In this document: positions 1 through 11,200 of the stretch, piece by piece
Layout of the letters: each line of letters begins with the position of its first letter
Numbering within the stretch: the stretch's first letter is position 1
Assembly (NCBI GenBank): GCA_946965045.2
Contig: OX337231.1
Location: 1,364,001-1,428,000, forward strand
Reading direction: 5' to 3'
DNA from: Epithemia pelagica
Lineage: Eukaryota; Protista; Bacillariophyta
DNA: 64,000 bases
The notes under the pieces: generated by a model
What the model was told of the DNA's origin: nothing
Databases searched by the model: none
What the model saw: the letters and a program-made list of their open reading frames with translations, nothing else
Program-made: the position numbers and the translations under genes

Positions 1-2
1 AA

Positions 3-869
3 GAGTTTACCAACTGTGTTGAGTCGCTCGAGGAAGAAGCAACAACAGGCCAACTTGATTCCACGGAAGTATTCTTCTTCACCGATAATTCCACGGTGGA
101 AAGGTGTTTCTATAAGGGGTCGTCGTCCAGCCCAAAACTTCTAGACCTCGTAATCCGTTTGAGGCGACTAGAAATGAAGCACCATGCCTTGAGACTCCAC
201 ATTTCTCACGTCTCGGGTAAACGGATGATCGCTGTTGGAGTTGACGGAATTTCAAGAGGTCAATTGAATGAAGGGGTGATGGCAGGGTCGCCTATGCTGT
301 CCTACATCCCCCTTCACAAAACTCCTATCCAAATGTCAGATACTCTCTTTGAATGGGTCCGATCTTGGTTGGGTGCCAAGACGGAGCTCCTAACCCCCAT
401 GGATTGGTTCACCACTGGCCATGACGTCAGGGGATGGACGCTCCCGTCGGATCATAACGATCTGTCCCTGCCAATCCTTCGGCCAGGACATTTTGTATGG
501 GCTCCTCCCCCGGGAGGAGCAGACGTGGCTTTAGAAGAACTTCGAAAAGCCCGTCATAAGCGTCAGTCTTCCATGCACGTCTTCTTGTGCCAACGCTTAC
601 TTACACCTAAGTGGTTTAAACAATTGCACAAGGCTTACGACCTTGTGCTGGAAATTCCAGCGGGAACTTCGTTTTGGCCTGAAGGAAACTTCGAACCTCT
701 AATCGTTGGTCTTGTTTTTCCTTTTATCAGGTCACAGCCATGGCAACTCCGAGGAACACCGAAGATGTTCTCAATGGATCGGAAATTGCGCAAAATGTGG
801 AAAGAAGATCCCGTGGGTGGACGGGATCTTCTGCGCAAATTTTGCGTACAGTGTTGGAAAATGCTCTGA
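3..869 (+). CDS. C-terminal part of retrotransposon pol: DIRS-type RNase H followed by a degenerate methyltransferase-like domain (5'-partial)
   Basis: Frame 3 is open from the window start: EFTNCVESLE...VFFFTDNSTVERCFYKGSSSS...LHISHVSGKRMIAVGVDGISRG carries the RNase H motifs E, TDN and H-x-x-G...D-x-x-SR. It continues into FVWAPPP..ADVALEELRKARHKR...VFLCQRL.TPKWF, which aligns by eye with the DIRS/PAT MT-like segment (Y-x-x-PP...W-F). Confidence 0.85.
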   Translation, partial: EFTNCVESLEEEATTGQLDSTEVFFFTDNSTVERCFYKGSSSSPKLLDLVIRLRRLEMKHHALRLHISHVSGKRMIAVGVDGISRGQLNEGVMAGSPMLSYIPLHKTPIQMSDTLFEWVRSWLGAKTELLTPMDWFTTGHDVRGWTLPSDHNDLSLPILRPGHFVWAPPPGGADVALEELRKARHKRQSSMHVFLCQRLLTPKWFKQLHKAYDLVLEIPAGTSFWPEGNFEPLIVGLVFPFIRSQPWQLRGTPKMFSMDRKLRKMWKEDPVGGRDLLRKFCVQCWKML

Positions 870-2301
870 ATGTCGGAGCGCATGGTGTCCAGGGTGTTAT
901 TCTTTGAGCGACGATGACCGGTTCTACGTCGCGTCGCGGAACACCATGGTAGAAGAATCGGATCAAGACCGTCTGGTTGCTGAGACTTGGAGGAGTCGCA
1001 CCAGAGACCGTCGGGAGGATTTCAATCAAGCACGAGCCGGCGATCACATGGTCACGCCGTTCGAATGCGATTTGTGCGTGTTCCGGAAACTGCGACAAGA
1101 GGAGCCTGACTCGCAAAACCTCAAAGACCAGTACCTTCTCACTTGCATAAGACGAATGAACTTGGACGCCTTTTGGAGCAGGGCTACGAGCACGGTCATG
1201 CAGAACACGAGGAATGCAAAAATGATGATAGAAAAATCCAAGAAAGTTGAGATTCCATTCGGACCCTTCAGAAGCCCTGGTCCTTTCCCAAATTACGACC
1301 ATTGTGGCTATCATGTGGCTTTCCTAATGCTGGATGCGTCGTTGGATCAAGGAAAGTATCATCGAGACAGAAAGCAGTTTGATACGATACGATAATTTCG
1401 CTCTACCTATTCAAATCATGTGAGAGCAACGGCTTCTACGTTGGTAAATGGCCATCCGTTGGTGCTTACAGACAACAATGGAAAGGCCTTTTCCCGAATG
1501 GGTCAGGATGAGAGCGGTTCGTTATGGTTTTCCAGATTTGTGGAAGGATGTCGACGTCGAATGGGCCAAGATTGGCGACCTGATCAGGCTGTGACCAGTG
1601 AACTAATGCAAGCCTTGTTGGGCTCAATCGAAGAGGAGATTGTGGAGAACCGAGAAGAACACGACGCGTTCTTCCTTGTTCTTGCTGGCACCTTCTTTGC
1701 CACGTCATACGTTTTGTCGTTACGAGGCCCAGAGGGTTTGCTGCTGGACTTGAATGCGCTTGTAAAATACATGGATCTTTACAGGCAACGAAACTGTATT
1801 GTGGTTGGGTTGTGGGGACAGTTCAAAGGAGAGCATATCGAACGCTCACACCTTTTGCCATGTTGCGACGAGACCAGCAGTGGAATAAACATAAGACGAT
1901 GGATAAATCGGGCAGTTTGCCTGTCCCAGGAGATAGGACGATGGTCGGGACCATTGATGCTCAATCGCAATGGGACCCCCATCACGTCAAGAGCTTTGGA
2001 CGACACTCTTCATCGTCACTTGATAAAAATCTTCGTTGAGCGGAAGGACCTTTTCCCGCTTGCTGCCATCAAAGACGAAGAGGACATAATATCAAGATAC
2101 GCAGTCTTTCGATCCTTCCGGAGAGGATCAAATACGAGAGCCAAAGAAATTGGCGTTGCCACTCCAGACGTTGATACAGTCAACCGCTGGAGAACGAAAG
2201 AAAATGCGGGCACAAACAAGCCAGGAGCCAGGATAGACCACATGTACGCCGATCTAAACTTGCTTGTGGGTCCGTTCTTGAGGTACACTCGGTCCATGTG
2301 A
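706..2301 (+). pseudogene. Tyrosine recombinase of element 1, interrupted by one in-frame TAA (1393-1395)
   Basis: ORFs 706-1395 and 1420-2301 are in the same frame and read through as QFDTIR*FRSTYSNHVRATAS. The C-terminal part has YR-type motifs SLRGPEG (R), GQFKGE (K), FRSFRRG, VNRW and HMYAD (Y). The N-terminal part is Cys-rich. Confidence 0.8.
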
Positions 2302-2328
2302 TTGCCCAGTCGAGATTCTCGGTGGAGG

Positions 2329-2753
2329 GGGTTTTGGTTCCTACAAGTTGAGAGAAAGCCGACATGGCAAGGCGTTTTCTCTTCTTGATTGTTGGTTTAT
2401 GGGTTTGTTCCGTCACAGTCTGCTGTCCCTTGCCCCCTTTGCGATTGCATGGTGCTACCTGATTGCGTTGGGGGAATCCAGGGGAACAAACAGGAGTCTC
2501 GACATGGTTCATTTACCCGTGGCTGATAAATTGGTACCCTTAGCTGGTTACAGAACACCGGCTTTGGCCCTGAGTGGAGAAGGTGTCGCCTTCCCCCCAC
2601 AACACGATCTAATCATATGATTATGATCGCGAGAATCTAATTTGTTTAAGTTATTGAGTTGTTTCATCTGTTTGTTCGCCTTGTATCTTTGGCTGCGAGG
2701 GATCTCTTGCTTGGATGGCTACGAGGAAGGGCCCAAGGTCGGCGTGCGAGTGC
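2329..2753 (+). repeat. B1 terminal repeat of element 1 (425 bp)
   Basis: Direct repeat of 3294-3718; one mismatch seen (G2425 vs A3390). Confidence 0.97.
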
Positions 2754-3293
2754 ACTCAATGTACATCAAAGTTTAAGCGGGATCAAGAAGCGGGATTGGA
2801 CCACGTCACGGAGCCTTCGCATTGATTGTGAGCGAAGAGAGAGAGCCGGGCGAGATTCAGAGAACATCGCCGGTACACCGAACAGAAAATAAATGAGGCA
2901 GAACAGGCGTGCAATTCGGAAGTCGAATTTGTGAAAGTATGTGTATCACATCTACTGCGACAAAACACTTCCAGTTCAATCTCTGAAGTGCTATCATACA
3001 AGAACCAAGGACTCGGCCTTTCAAGAGACCTGGCTTATATGGAAGCAGACAACAATGCGCCAAAATGAGGTCCCTAGTGGAGCGCAAGCATCGACCAGAT
3101 CCACTGAGCCAAAGACGCAACAAACAAGACAAGAGGGAGAAGGAGCTCTCACTCTTTGGATTTCCTAAGGTTCGACGGCAAAGGCTTGATCACCTTTGGC
3201 GTTGTTCTGAGTTCTCTGAAGAGCTGAATCTCCAACTTTCACAGGCACCAGCTAAGTGCCTAGTATTTTCTTTTTTCCCTCCCTTCCCGCCCT

Positions 3294-3718
3294 GGGTTTT
3301 GGTTCCTACAAGTTGAGAGAAAGCCGACATGGCAAGGCGTTTTCTCTTCTTGATTGTTGGTTTATGGGTTTGTTCCGTCACAGTCTGCTATCCCTTGCCC
3401 CCTTTGCGATTGCATGGTGCTACCTGATTGCGTTGGGGGAATCCAGGGGAACAAACAGGAGTCTCGACATGGTTCATTTACCCGTGGCTGATAAATTGGT
3501 ACCCTTAGCTGGTTACAGAACACCGGCTTTGGCCCTGAGTGGAGAAGGTGTCGCCTTCCCCCCACAACACGATCTAATCATATGATTATGATCGCGAGAA
3601 TCTAATTTGTTTAAGTTATTGAGTTGTTTCATCTGTTTGTTCGCCTTGTATCTTTGGCTGCGAGGGATCTCTTGCTTGGATGGCTACGAGGAAGGGCCCA
3701 AGGTCGGCGTGCGAGTGC
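3294..3718 (+). repeat. B2 terminal repeat of element 1 (425 bp), right end of the element
   Basis: Direct repeat of 2329-2753. Identity stops after ...GCGTGCGAGTGC. Confidence 0.97.
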
Positions 3719-4092
3719 CCTGGCCTTGCTTCAACCCTGAATTTTAATGGTTAGACAGACAGACGAAAAACGACAAATGCTGTCTGTGTCCACTTGGGAA
3801 CCTGTGAAGATGGCACAGACAAAAAACAGCTAAGCAGTGGACACTGATACCGAGGGTAAGAGTAAGAAGGCCAGTTCGTCATTCGTCAACTTCTTCCGGA
3901 AGTCGGCCCTCCTAAATGCGATCCTTGATCCTTGATCCGGATCCTTGATCCAAAAACCAGCACACAGCGTACTCATTTTACTCGATGTGTCTAATGATGA
4001 ACGGAGAACGGTGAATAGTGAATACAATAGTGAAAGCCTCCAATTCCAATCTCCAACACTACGAGTCATAACATACGGAATACGAAGGAAGG

Positions 4093-5592
4093 ATGAAGCG
4101 GCGACCAAGCAAAATGATGCGGCTGTGGAAGGGCGTAGTCTCACCGGCGTTGGAGAATTCACCCTTTCTGCTAAGGAAGCGACAACCCAAGGCCATGATA
4201 CAAGCTTGGGAGGAGGCCTGTCGTTCTTTTGAGTCACGCGATCAAACTGAAGCCGAAACGAAAAAGGCTTGTCTTGTTTTGAACAGCATTGTGCTTAACG
4301 CAAGGTCCTTTACCTTTCTCATCAAAGTCTTGGTGGACGAACGACCGGAACCCAGCAGTCGTCTTCAAAACTTGTGCTTGCAAGACGTTACCATTGCCGA
4401 AAACGATGCTCCGGTCGTGACGAAGGATCTAGCTACCTTTATTCAGTTGAATGAGTGCTCGTTGCAAGAATTGAGTCTCCAGTTTGCTTCTCTGCGATGG
4501 GGATGGTCACGCACTAGTGAAACTAGAGCTTTTATTCATTCTCTGAATCAACAGGACCAGTTCTCTACCTTTCGCATGCTCCGAAAAGTGTCGTTTCAAA
4601 ATGTGGATTTGTCGGGCCGTGAAGCGGGTCAGTGTCTAGCTCGATTGTTGGTGGAAGCTCCCATTCAAGAAGTTTGTTTTCGCTATTGTTGTCTGGATAT
4701 GCCCATGGTAGCACACCTTTCCAAGGGCATGAAACAGTCCCAAACATTACACACCTTTCAACTCATGTTTCTTCCCATTGTCTATACCCGGCATGCGGCT
4801 GAGGCCATCGAGTCCGTCTCCTTTCCCGTGTTGAAAACCTTGGCAGAGCTACGAAATTTGAAAAGCTTATCCCTCGCTATGGAAGCTGTGTATTGTTCCG
4901 CGTTGCCTACAATGGCAAAGATTCTGGCCAGCAATCCCAAGTTGGAAGATGTCCGACTGGAAATTTCTCAAATGTTTGGGCACAGCAGTGCCTACATTGG
5001 ACCACGATGTACCCCACCATCGGACAACGAAATGCAACCCTTTTCGACCGCCATTCAGCAGCACGCCTCTCTTCGCGTTTTGTATTTGTCAGGTTGTAAA
5101 ATGGGAGCATATGTTGCCAATAAAATCTTGCAAGTCCTCGAGCACAATCACCACTTGGAGGAACTGTGGTTACAAAACACGCGAAACAATCATCATTTGA
5201 GCTGTGGCGATGAATGGGTAGAGAGCCTGCCCAAATTGCACCATTTACGTACCCTTGCTTTGCCCAATGGTATTTTGGAGCATGATCCCAAATTTTCGAA
5301 TCTGGTGCAAGCTCTCCGCCAAAATGTTAGTCTGAATGCCTGTTACTTTTACGTCCCACCCACCGATGTGCGTTTTTTGCATTCTACCAATGCAACGTCG
5401 TCCATTATTCAACCAATTGTCCGGCGAAACCAATTTTTCCAACGCATTCATTCATCTCAGGGATTGCCACCGTCTGCAACATGGCCAATTCTTTTACAAC
5501 GCATGGACCACACCTGCGAGGACGGGGCTTCGCTGATTTTTTCGTTTCTAAAGCTGGAGACGTTTTGCAACATGAAACCACACTTTCGTTGA
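4093..5592 (+). CDS. RNI-like / leucine-rich-repeat protein
   Basis: 499-aa ORF with LRR-like periodicity (LQELSLQF, LRKVSFQNVDL, LKSLSLAM, LEDVRLEI, LRVLYLSGCKMG, LEELWLQN, LRTLAL) and an ALRQNVSL...IVRRNQF C-terminal cap of the kind seen in expanded diatom RNI-like families. The start could be the ATG at 4195. Confidence 0.75.
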   Translation: MKRRPSKMMRLWKGVVSPALENSPFLLRKRQPKAMIQAWEEACRSFESRDQTEAETKKACLVLNSIVLNARSFTFLIKVLVDERPEPSSRLQNLCLQDVTIAENDAPVVTKDLATFIQLNECSLQELSLQFASLRWGWSRTSETRAFIHSLNQQDQFSTFRMLRKVSFQNVDLSGREAGQCLARLLVEAPIQEVCFRYCCLDMPMVAHLSKGMKQSQTLHTFQLMFLPIVYTRHAAEAIESVSFPVLKTLAELRNLKSLSLAMEAVYCSALPTMAKILASNPKLEDVRLEISQMFGHSSAYIGPRCTPPSDNEMQPFSTAIQQHASLRVLYLSGCKMGAYVANKILQVLEHNHHLEELWLQNTRNNHHLSCGDEWVESLPKLHHLRTLALPNGILEHDPKFSNLVQALRQNVSLNACYFYVPPTDVRFLHSTNATSSIIQPIVRRNQFFQRIHSSQGLPPSATWPILLQRMDHTCEDGASLIFSFLKLETFCNMKPHFR

Positions 5593-5706
5593 TTCCTGTA
5601 CATAAACCAAATTTTGGACCTTTTCCTAGCAGACCATTTCTTGATTCTCTTTTCAACATTTTTTCATGCCTTGGTTACTCCTCTATTGCCACCTTATTGA
5701 ATCCAT

Positions 5707-6028
5707 GTGCAGGTTTGGGCCATTCCAAGTTTATGAGTTGGTATTGCAACCCAGGTCGTCAACAATTCATTGACGGAGCGGTTACAGCCACTTGTCGTCA
5801 GTGGATTGTACCCGGCGAGCCACGACTTGGAAACAACGACCAGTGTGGAACTCCTGGCTGACCACCAGCAGTTCTAATCATGAATTCATCTTCCAGTCCA
5901 GAGGGATCGATCAGAACGCCAAGTCATTCCCGATACTCGCTTTTTGCTTCAATCTATTGTTTGATATCATACCTTTTTGAGACACGCATCGACGTGCAGG
6001 TTTGGGCCATTCCAAGTTTATGAGTTGG
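5707..6028. repeat. 35-bp exact direct repeat (5707-5741 and 5994-6028)
   Basis: GTGCAGGTTTGGGCCATTCCAAGTTTATGAGTTGG occurs twice, 287 bp start to start. Confidence 0.9.
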
Positions 6029-6943
6029 CAAAATGAGTGGTAAAAGCGCCCTTGCCTGGTAAGCAAGCAGCGGAAAAAAGCCATGGCGGGCGACAATAGA
6101 AACGAGGACTTCGACGTCATTGTTGGGAAATTGATCGACGACCTGGTCTCCGCTAGTTACCCTTGCAAAATCACGCAACAAATATGGTTTTATACCGTAC
6201 TCGAAGTCTTGATCGAGGTGAACAACATCACACAGTCCAACTTCTTGCATCGAGGGTCATACCTTGTCCTCTCGCAAGTCCAAAGTAAAAATTCTTGACT
6301 TGCCTGACTGTACCCCGGACCATGTGGTAGTATAGATATTTATCCGTAGACGGACAGCAATATACAGTTTGTGTTGAGAGGTCGTACTAAGCCTAAGGAC
6401 ATGGTCCACTGTCGGTCATATTGAGCCGGGTTTTCATGGACTCTCCATCGTCATCCAAATTTCACTCCCACCTCCCACCGCTGCTGCGATGGTGTTGATG
6501 CGTGACGTTGGCAAAAGGCATTTTGTGAGAATGGATATTTCGGAGCATGAAAATCAGTCTTGCCGGATAAGTCTTTAGTCCCAAAGTACTTAAGAAGACG
6601 GACATCAGATTGGCGATGTCAGTCCATACTATTCATTGATTTCCCTGACCAAGACCAAAAATGATTTAATAGAATATGTCCTATCGTAGTGTCACTTAAA
6701 ATATTTGGTCGGCTGGTTCGCCCAATCACGCCAACCGTCACTTTGATAACAGTTTTCTGAGTAACTAATCCACGGTCAAGTCCATTTACATTTACACGAA
6801 CGAAAGAAACAGTGTATTGCTGCCTCTTGGTGCTTGCTTTGAAAGAGAGGGCAGGTGTTGATTGAAAAGGGTTTTGCAACAACGATAAGAACCAACAAGA
6901 CGGTGTGGAAAAGTACTCTGCTGCTCCTAGGATATGAAAAACA

Positions 6944-7993
6944 ATGGCTAAATCACCCTCTTTGGAACTACAGAAATTGCATCTGGCTGCCACCAAGACG
7001 GAATGTGAACGATTTGCGGCAGCCTTTCACAAGAAGCAGGCATCGACCAATCTTGGAAACTATTTGGCATGGCGTTCCGAACACTGCACGAGGATCGGAG
7101 CAAAGGTCCAGGCCTCTGCTATGACTGATGAAAAGAAATGGGAAATGGCGTCAGCTCATGCAATTCTCTTTTACAAACTCAAGAGAGAAGCTCAAGAAGA
7201 CTGTACTGTATCGAGTGGCACATCCGACGCTGGAAGTACGGAAGAGGATTCGTTTGGGGATGAGAAGGAATCCACCAAGCAGGAAGAAGAAGAACAGCAC
7301 AACTTCGACGACCACGAAGAACCATGCGTGACGAATGTTCAGGAACCAACACAGCGGAGTCTTGAAGAAATTGAGAACTGTGTAGAAGTGATGGAATCGC
7401 TCCCGAGATTTCTGAGATGTTACCGAAATCCCGAATCAGGAGATATAATGCGTGATCTAAATGGCCGTCGGGTGCTTCATGCCATGCCAGCAAAGCTTGA
7501 TCCAAAATATGGGGCCGATGTCTACGCTTTGGCTATTGCTGTGTATCTAAACCAGCTTTTTGAAGGAGAAGGCCAGCATGGGACTGGTGAAGAATCATAT
7601 GAGCAAATCACAGTGATTCTCGATGTTCGGCCTGGTGCTGGATGGCCCAACGCTCCGGCGTCACAAATGCTCAATTTGTTCCGCCATGTAGCGAATCAAA
7701 TTCACATTCTTCATCCCAACCGGATACACAAATGCATCATGTTCCCCATCCCGCGACCAGCCATTGTCTTGTGGAAGGTTGCTATCAGGCCGTTTCTGGA
7801 TCACAAACTTCGGCAGGTCGTTGAGCTAGTACCCGGGAGTGGTGCAAATTTGAAAGCGCCGACACCCCATGACATGTTGTCTAAGTTTGTGTCACTACAA
7901 GACTCCCACCGGATCGAACGCTATAGAAAGGCTGCATTTGAGTTTCCACCTGGATTCTGGGATGATATAAGGAAAGAGAAGCCAAAGAGCTAG
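6944..7993 (+). CDS. CRAL-TRIO (SEC14-like) lipid-binding protein
   Basis: N-terminal ATKTECERF...LGNYLAWR helix. C-terminal ITVILDVRPGAGWPN...HPNRIHKCIMFPIPRPAIVLWKVAIRPFLD fits the CRAL-TRIO core. Confidence 0.8.
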   Translation: MAKSPSLELQKLHLAATKTECERFAAAFHKKQASTNLGNYLAWRSEHCTRIGAKVQASAMTDEKKWEMASAHAILFYKLKREAQEDCTVSSGTSDAGSTEEDSFGDEKESTKQEEEEQHNFDDHEEPCVTNVQEPTQRSLEEIENCVEVMESLPRFLRCYRNPESGDIMRDLNGRRVLHAMPAKLDPKYGADVYALAIAVYLNQLFEGEGQHGTGEESYEQITVILDVRPGAGWPNAPASQMLNLFRHVANQIHILHPNRIHKCIMFPIPRPAIVLWKVAIRPFLDHKLRQVVELVPGSGANLKAPTPHDMLSKFVSLQDSHRIERYRKAAFEFPPGFWDDIRKEKPKS

Positions 7994-8205
7994 GAGAATA
8001 ATGCCATTATTCTTCGGACAAAGTACTTCATTGCTACTTGCTGCATCTTGCACCTCAAATAGTTTCATTACCCACAGGACGTTGAAACAATCTATGCAAC
8101 AATTGATTTAAAATCTGCTGAATTGCAGGAGTAAACAACACAACACTACCGTAGTGATTAGTGATAGTTGTTATCTATTATGCCGAAGTGTCATTGTTTC
8201 AACAT

Positions 8206-11200
8206 TCAATAGGCAAAAATGATGTTGAAAACAGCCCCAACATCCATCAAGTCAGCCAGGATTGGTCGAACTTCTGGAACAATTCGTTTATCCAAGTCCA
8301 AAACAAGACGAAGCCGAACTTGATTCCAGTGGTCGTTGAGCGATGTGTATCCAGAGAAAAAAGGACTAGGATCAAACTCATTCTGATCAAGGAGACGGGA
8401 TGCATTGTTGTAAAGAAGGTGTGCAATCTTATTTTGATCCTCCCTGTCAAGTACATGGTGCAGCCATGCCATGTGGCTGGTGATCCGACCAAGAATCGTT
8501 AACAAACGTGAGCTCTGTTCCTGGAGAAAATGCAGCGATTCCTTCGACACGTTTTCTTCTGATTGAAGCAGCCCTGTCGGTTCTCCAAGAATAAAGTGTC
8601 CGAGAAGAAGCCATTGCTTCACCAGAGCATTCCAGAATTTTTCCAAGGCTTCCTTTGGCCCGCGACGATGACCAGCGATATCTTTTAGCAGCTTTCGTTC
8701 ATCAATGTTGTGAATGTCAAATTCCCTCGACGATGCAGGATAGTCTCCAAGCTCATATTCCAGCAACCTCAAGAAAAACTCGGCACAGCAGGCTTTTACA
8801 TGGACAGATTGGGCAACGCGATTGATAGCAAAATTGGTCATTCGGACCTCGTCGCCTTCGAGAGTGTAATGGTCCTCCATCAAACAATTCAAGCAATCTG
8901 TCCAGAATGTGGTTCCCGCGTCTTTGATGAACTGCTCGTGAATTTTCGGATCTTGTGCCAAGGTTAGATGAAGATATTTTTCACCTAGCTGCATTCGTTG
9001 ACAATCAGGAAATGTTGTTGTTCCACTCGTGGGGCCCCGCAACATAAGAGTGACCAACGACTTACGAATGTCCAATGTCGGGGATCGATTGTGATATATG
9101 CACGTGAAATTGAGTAATTCTGACCCGATGTGACTAAAACAAGAGTGAAGACTTTTCTCGAGCGCCTTGCCGAGAGCCGGATGAATTTCATTCTTCCGCG
9201 AGCAGCTTGAGTCATCATGATGTGGCTTTATGAGACGCCCATCGCCTTGATGATCAAAAACTTGCATGCTCACGAACTTGGCTTCTTCGGTGACTTGTTC
9301 CATGAGATGAACTTTCTTTCTCCCACGTCGTTTTGTTTTCATCTCTGTTAAAGTTTCCTTCGGTCTTCTTCCATTGCGTTTCACTGTAAATTCTGATGTA
9401 GTCTTGATGTTAATCCCCAACATTGTCGTATCGTTCTCCTTTCCGGGTTTTCCTACTACACGTCTAGACTTTTCTTGCGTCGCCACATGTCCAAGTGTCT
9501 TGAGTACTGGCCTTTCCGCGTTGGGTTTAGCGCTGGAAGATTCAACAGGACCAGTATTTGTATGTTTCACCGTGGTTTTGGATGCGCACTTTTTCCGATT
9601 ACATTGTGGTCTTGATGAAGACGGGTTTACAGACACGTGGACGGGACAACTCCCTTCAAACCAATGGTGTGTTCGGTGCTCGGCCACAGTCAGACAAGCA
9701 GCTTTGAGAACCAAATCTACTGCCATTGAGTAGGAGGTCTTTTCGAATCGGACTTTTTTAGTCTTCGAATCTGTCAGAGCAAGTTTAACAACACCTTTTG
9801 GTTCAACACTGTCGACCACAGCAGTTTCCAACTTGACACCTCTACCCTTCTTTTCGCGATGGAGCGGTAGACCGATTAACCATTCAGGGCGCTCTTGTCC
9901 TTTCTGTATGAGATGAACGTTATTCGAAGACAGAGGAATGTCTTTTTCATAGTCCCCATCGTCGTAGAGGATATCGCACACTGCTAACTTTTCAGGTGTT
10001 CCTCGAACGTCGACAACACGGCCACTGAACCAGGATGTCGATGTTCCCCCTTCCCCATTCTGGAAGAAACCTTGCACCCTGTCCCCAGGTTCCACTCCAG
10101 TAGGATCGCGGTCATAAAACCGCTCTCCCTTCCACACGGTCTGGAAGGCAGTTGATGAGCCCGACACTGGGATCAACATTTCGAAATCTTGATCATTCAA
10201 GGTTCGAAGAGATCTAGGTGACTCCGAATGAGTGTAGTGAACTGTTGTAGATGTCTGGTCAAAATAGCGAAGTAGAAGATTGGCCTTGCCCCGGGCCCAC
10301 GTCACTTTTTCTATTTTGGCGGGAAACCACTCTGCTTCAGTTTCTTCTTTTCCTTTCAGTTCACGAGAAAGGATTGACGATGTCTTGCAAAACACTCGAC
10401 ACATGGACCCCCTCTGCGGCATCGGTACAGAACGCGTTGGTTTCTGGTGAGGACTCAATGCCATATCCGCTTTTACCACCGATTGCTTTGCCTCATCGGA
10501 AGATACATACTTCGGCGTTGAGCCGATATTCTCCTTGTCGGCGGTCGCTGCTGTAGCATGCTTGTCCGTTTGTTCAACCATCATCCTCTGGGTAAGGCGT
10601 GAGGGGCCGGTTGGTTGATCCTCATTGTGCGGGACGGACTTTGAAGGAGCAACAGAGGAAGACGAATTATCTGGATGAGCATTTAAGTTGTCAGTACCAT
10701 TCTTAGAGACAGTTGGTCCACAACCGGTCGATTTATTTGCCGATGAAGGCTGCTGACCTGGCTGGGAGCCATGGTTCTGACATTTAGTAGAAGCCGTAAT
10801 CGACCCTTCATCTTTCAAATCCGATACTTTTTCGTCGCCCGAAGCTGTGGGTCGTTTCTTAGACGCCGGTGTAGAATGAGGGCTGCCGCGATACCACTCG
10901 TGTTTGTTGGACTCGGCGATCCTTTCTTCGACAAGGCGGATCACCGGCTGGACAACATTCATGTACGCCATTTTTTGCTTTGAGACGTTGCCTGTCTTGG
11001 AGTCTGTGAAAGCAACAAGAACATGGCCTCGCGACGTGACGCTTTCAACAACTCCGTTCTTGCGACCTCTCCCCCTTGTCTGTTGCTGAACAGGAAGACC
11101 CTGTAGCCATTCCGGGTGGTGAAACCCATTTCTAAGAATATTGACAAAGGTGGATGACAGAGGAATATTCTTTTCAAGTTCTCCGTCATCGTATATCACG

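Larger units (their letters stand above)
1..3718 (+). mobile_element. 3' part of a tyrosine-recombinase retrotransposon with split direct repeats (PAT-like); 5' part lies outside the window
   Basis: RNase H plus MT-like ORF (3-869) overlaps a YR ORF (706-2301), followed by a 425-bp repeat (2329-2753), a 540-bp unique stretch (presumed A2 plus spacer) and a second copy of the repeat (3294-3718). This is the B1-A2-B2 layout of split-direct-repeat YR elements. Confidence 0.88.

Noticed and set aside
2329-3718. Repeat-spacer-repeat layouts as CRISPR or LTRs
   Set aside because: There are only two long copies, both downstream of the ORFs; this is explained by split direct repeats of YR elements.
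3920-3951. Five GATCC units in 32 bp upstream of the LRR gene
   Set aside because: This is consistent with slippage of a 7-bp unit; no function can be supported.
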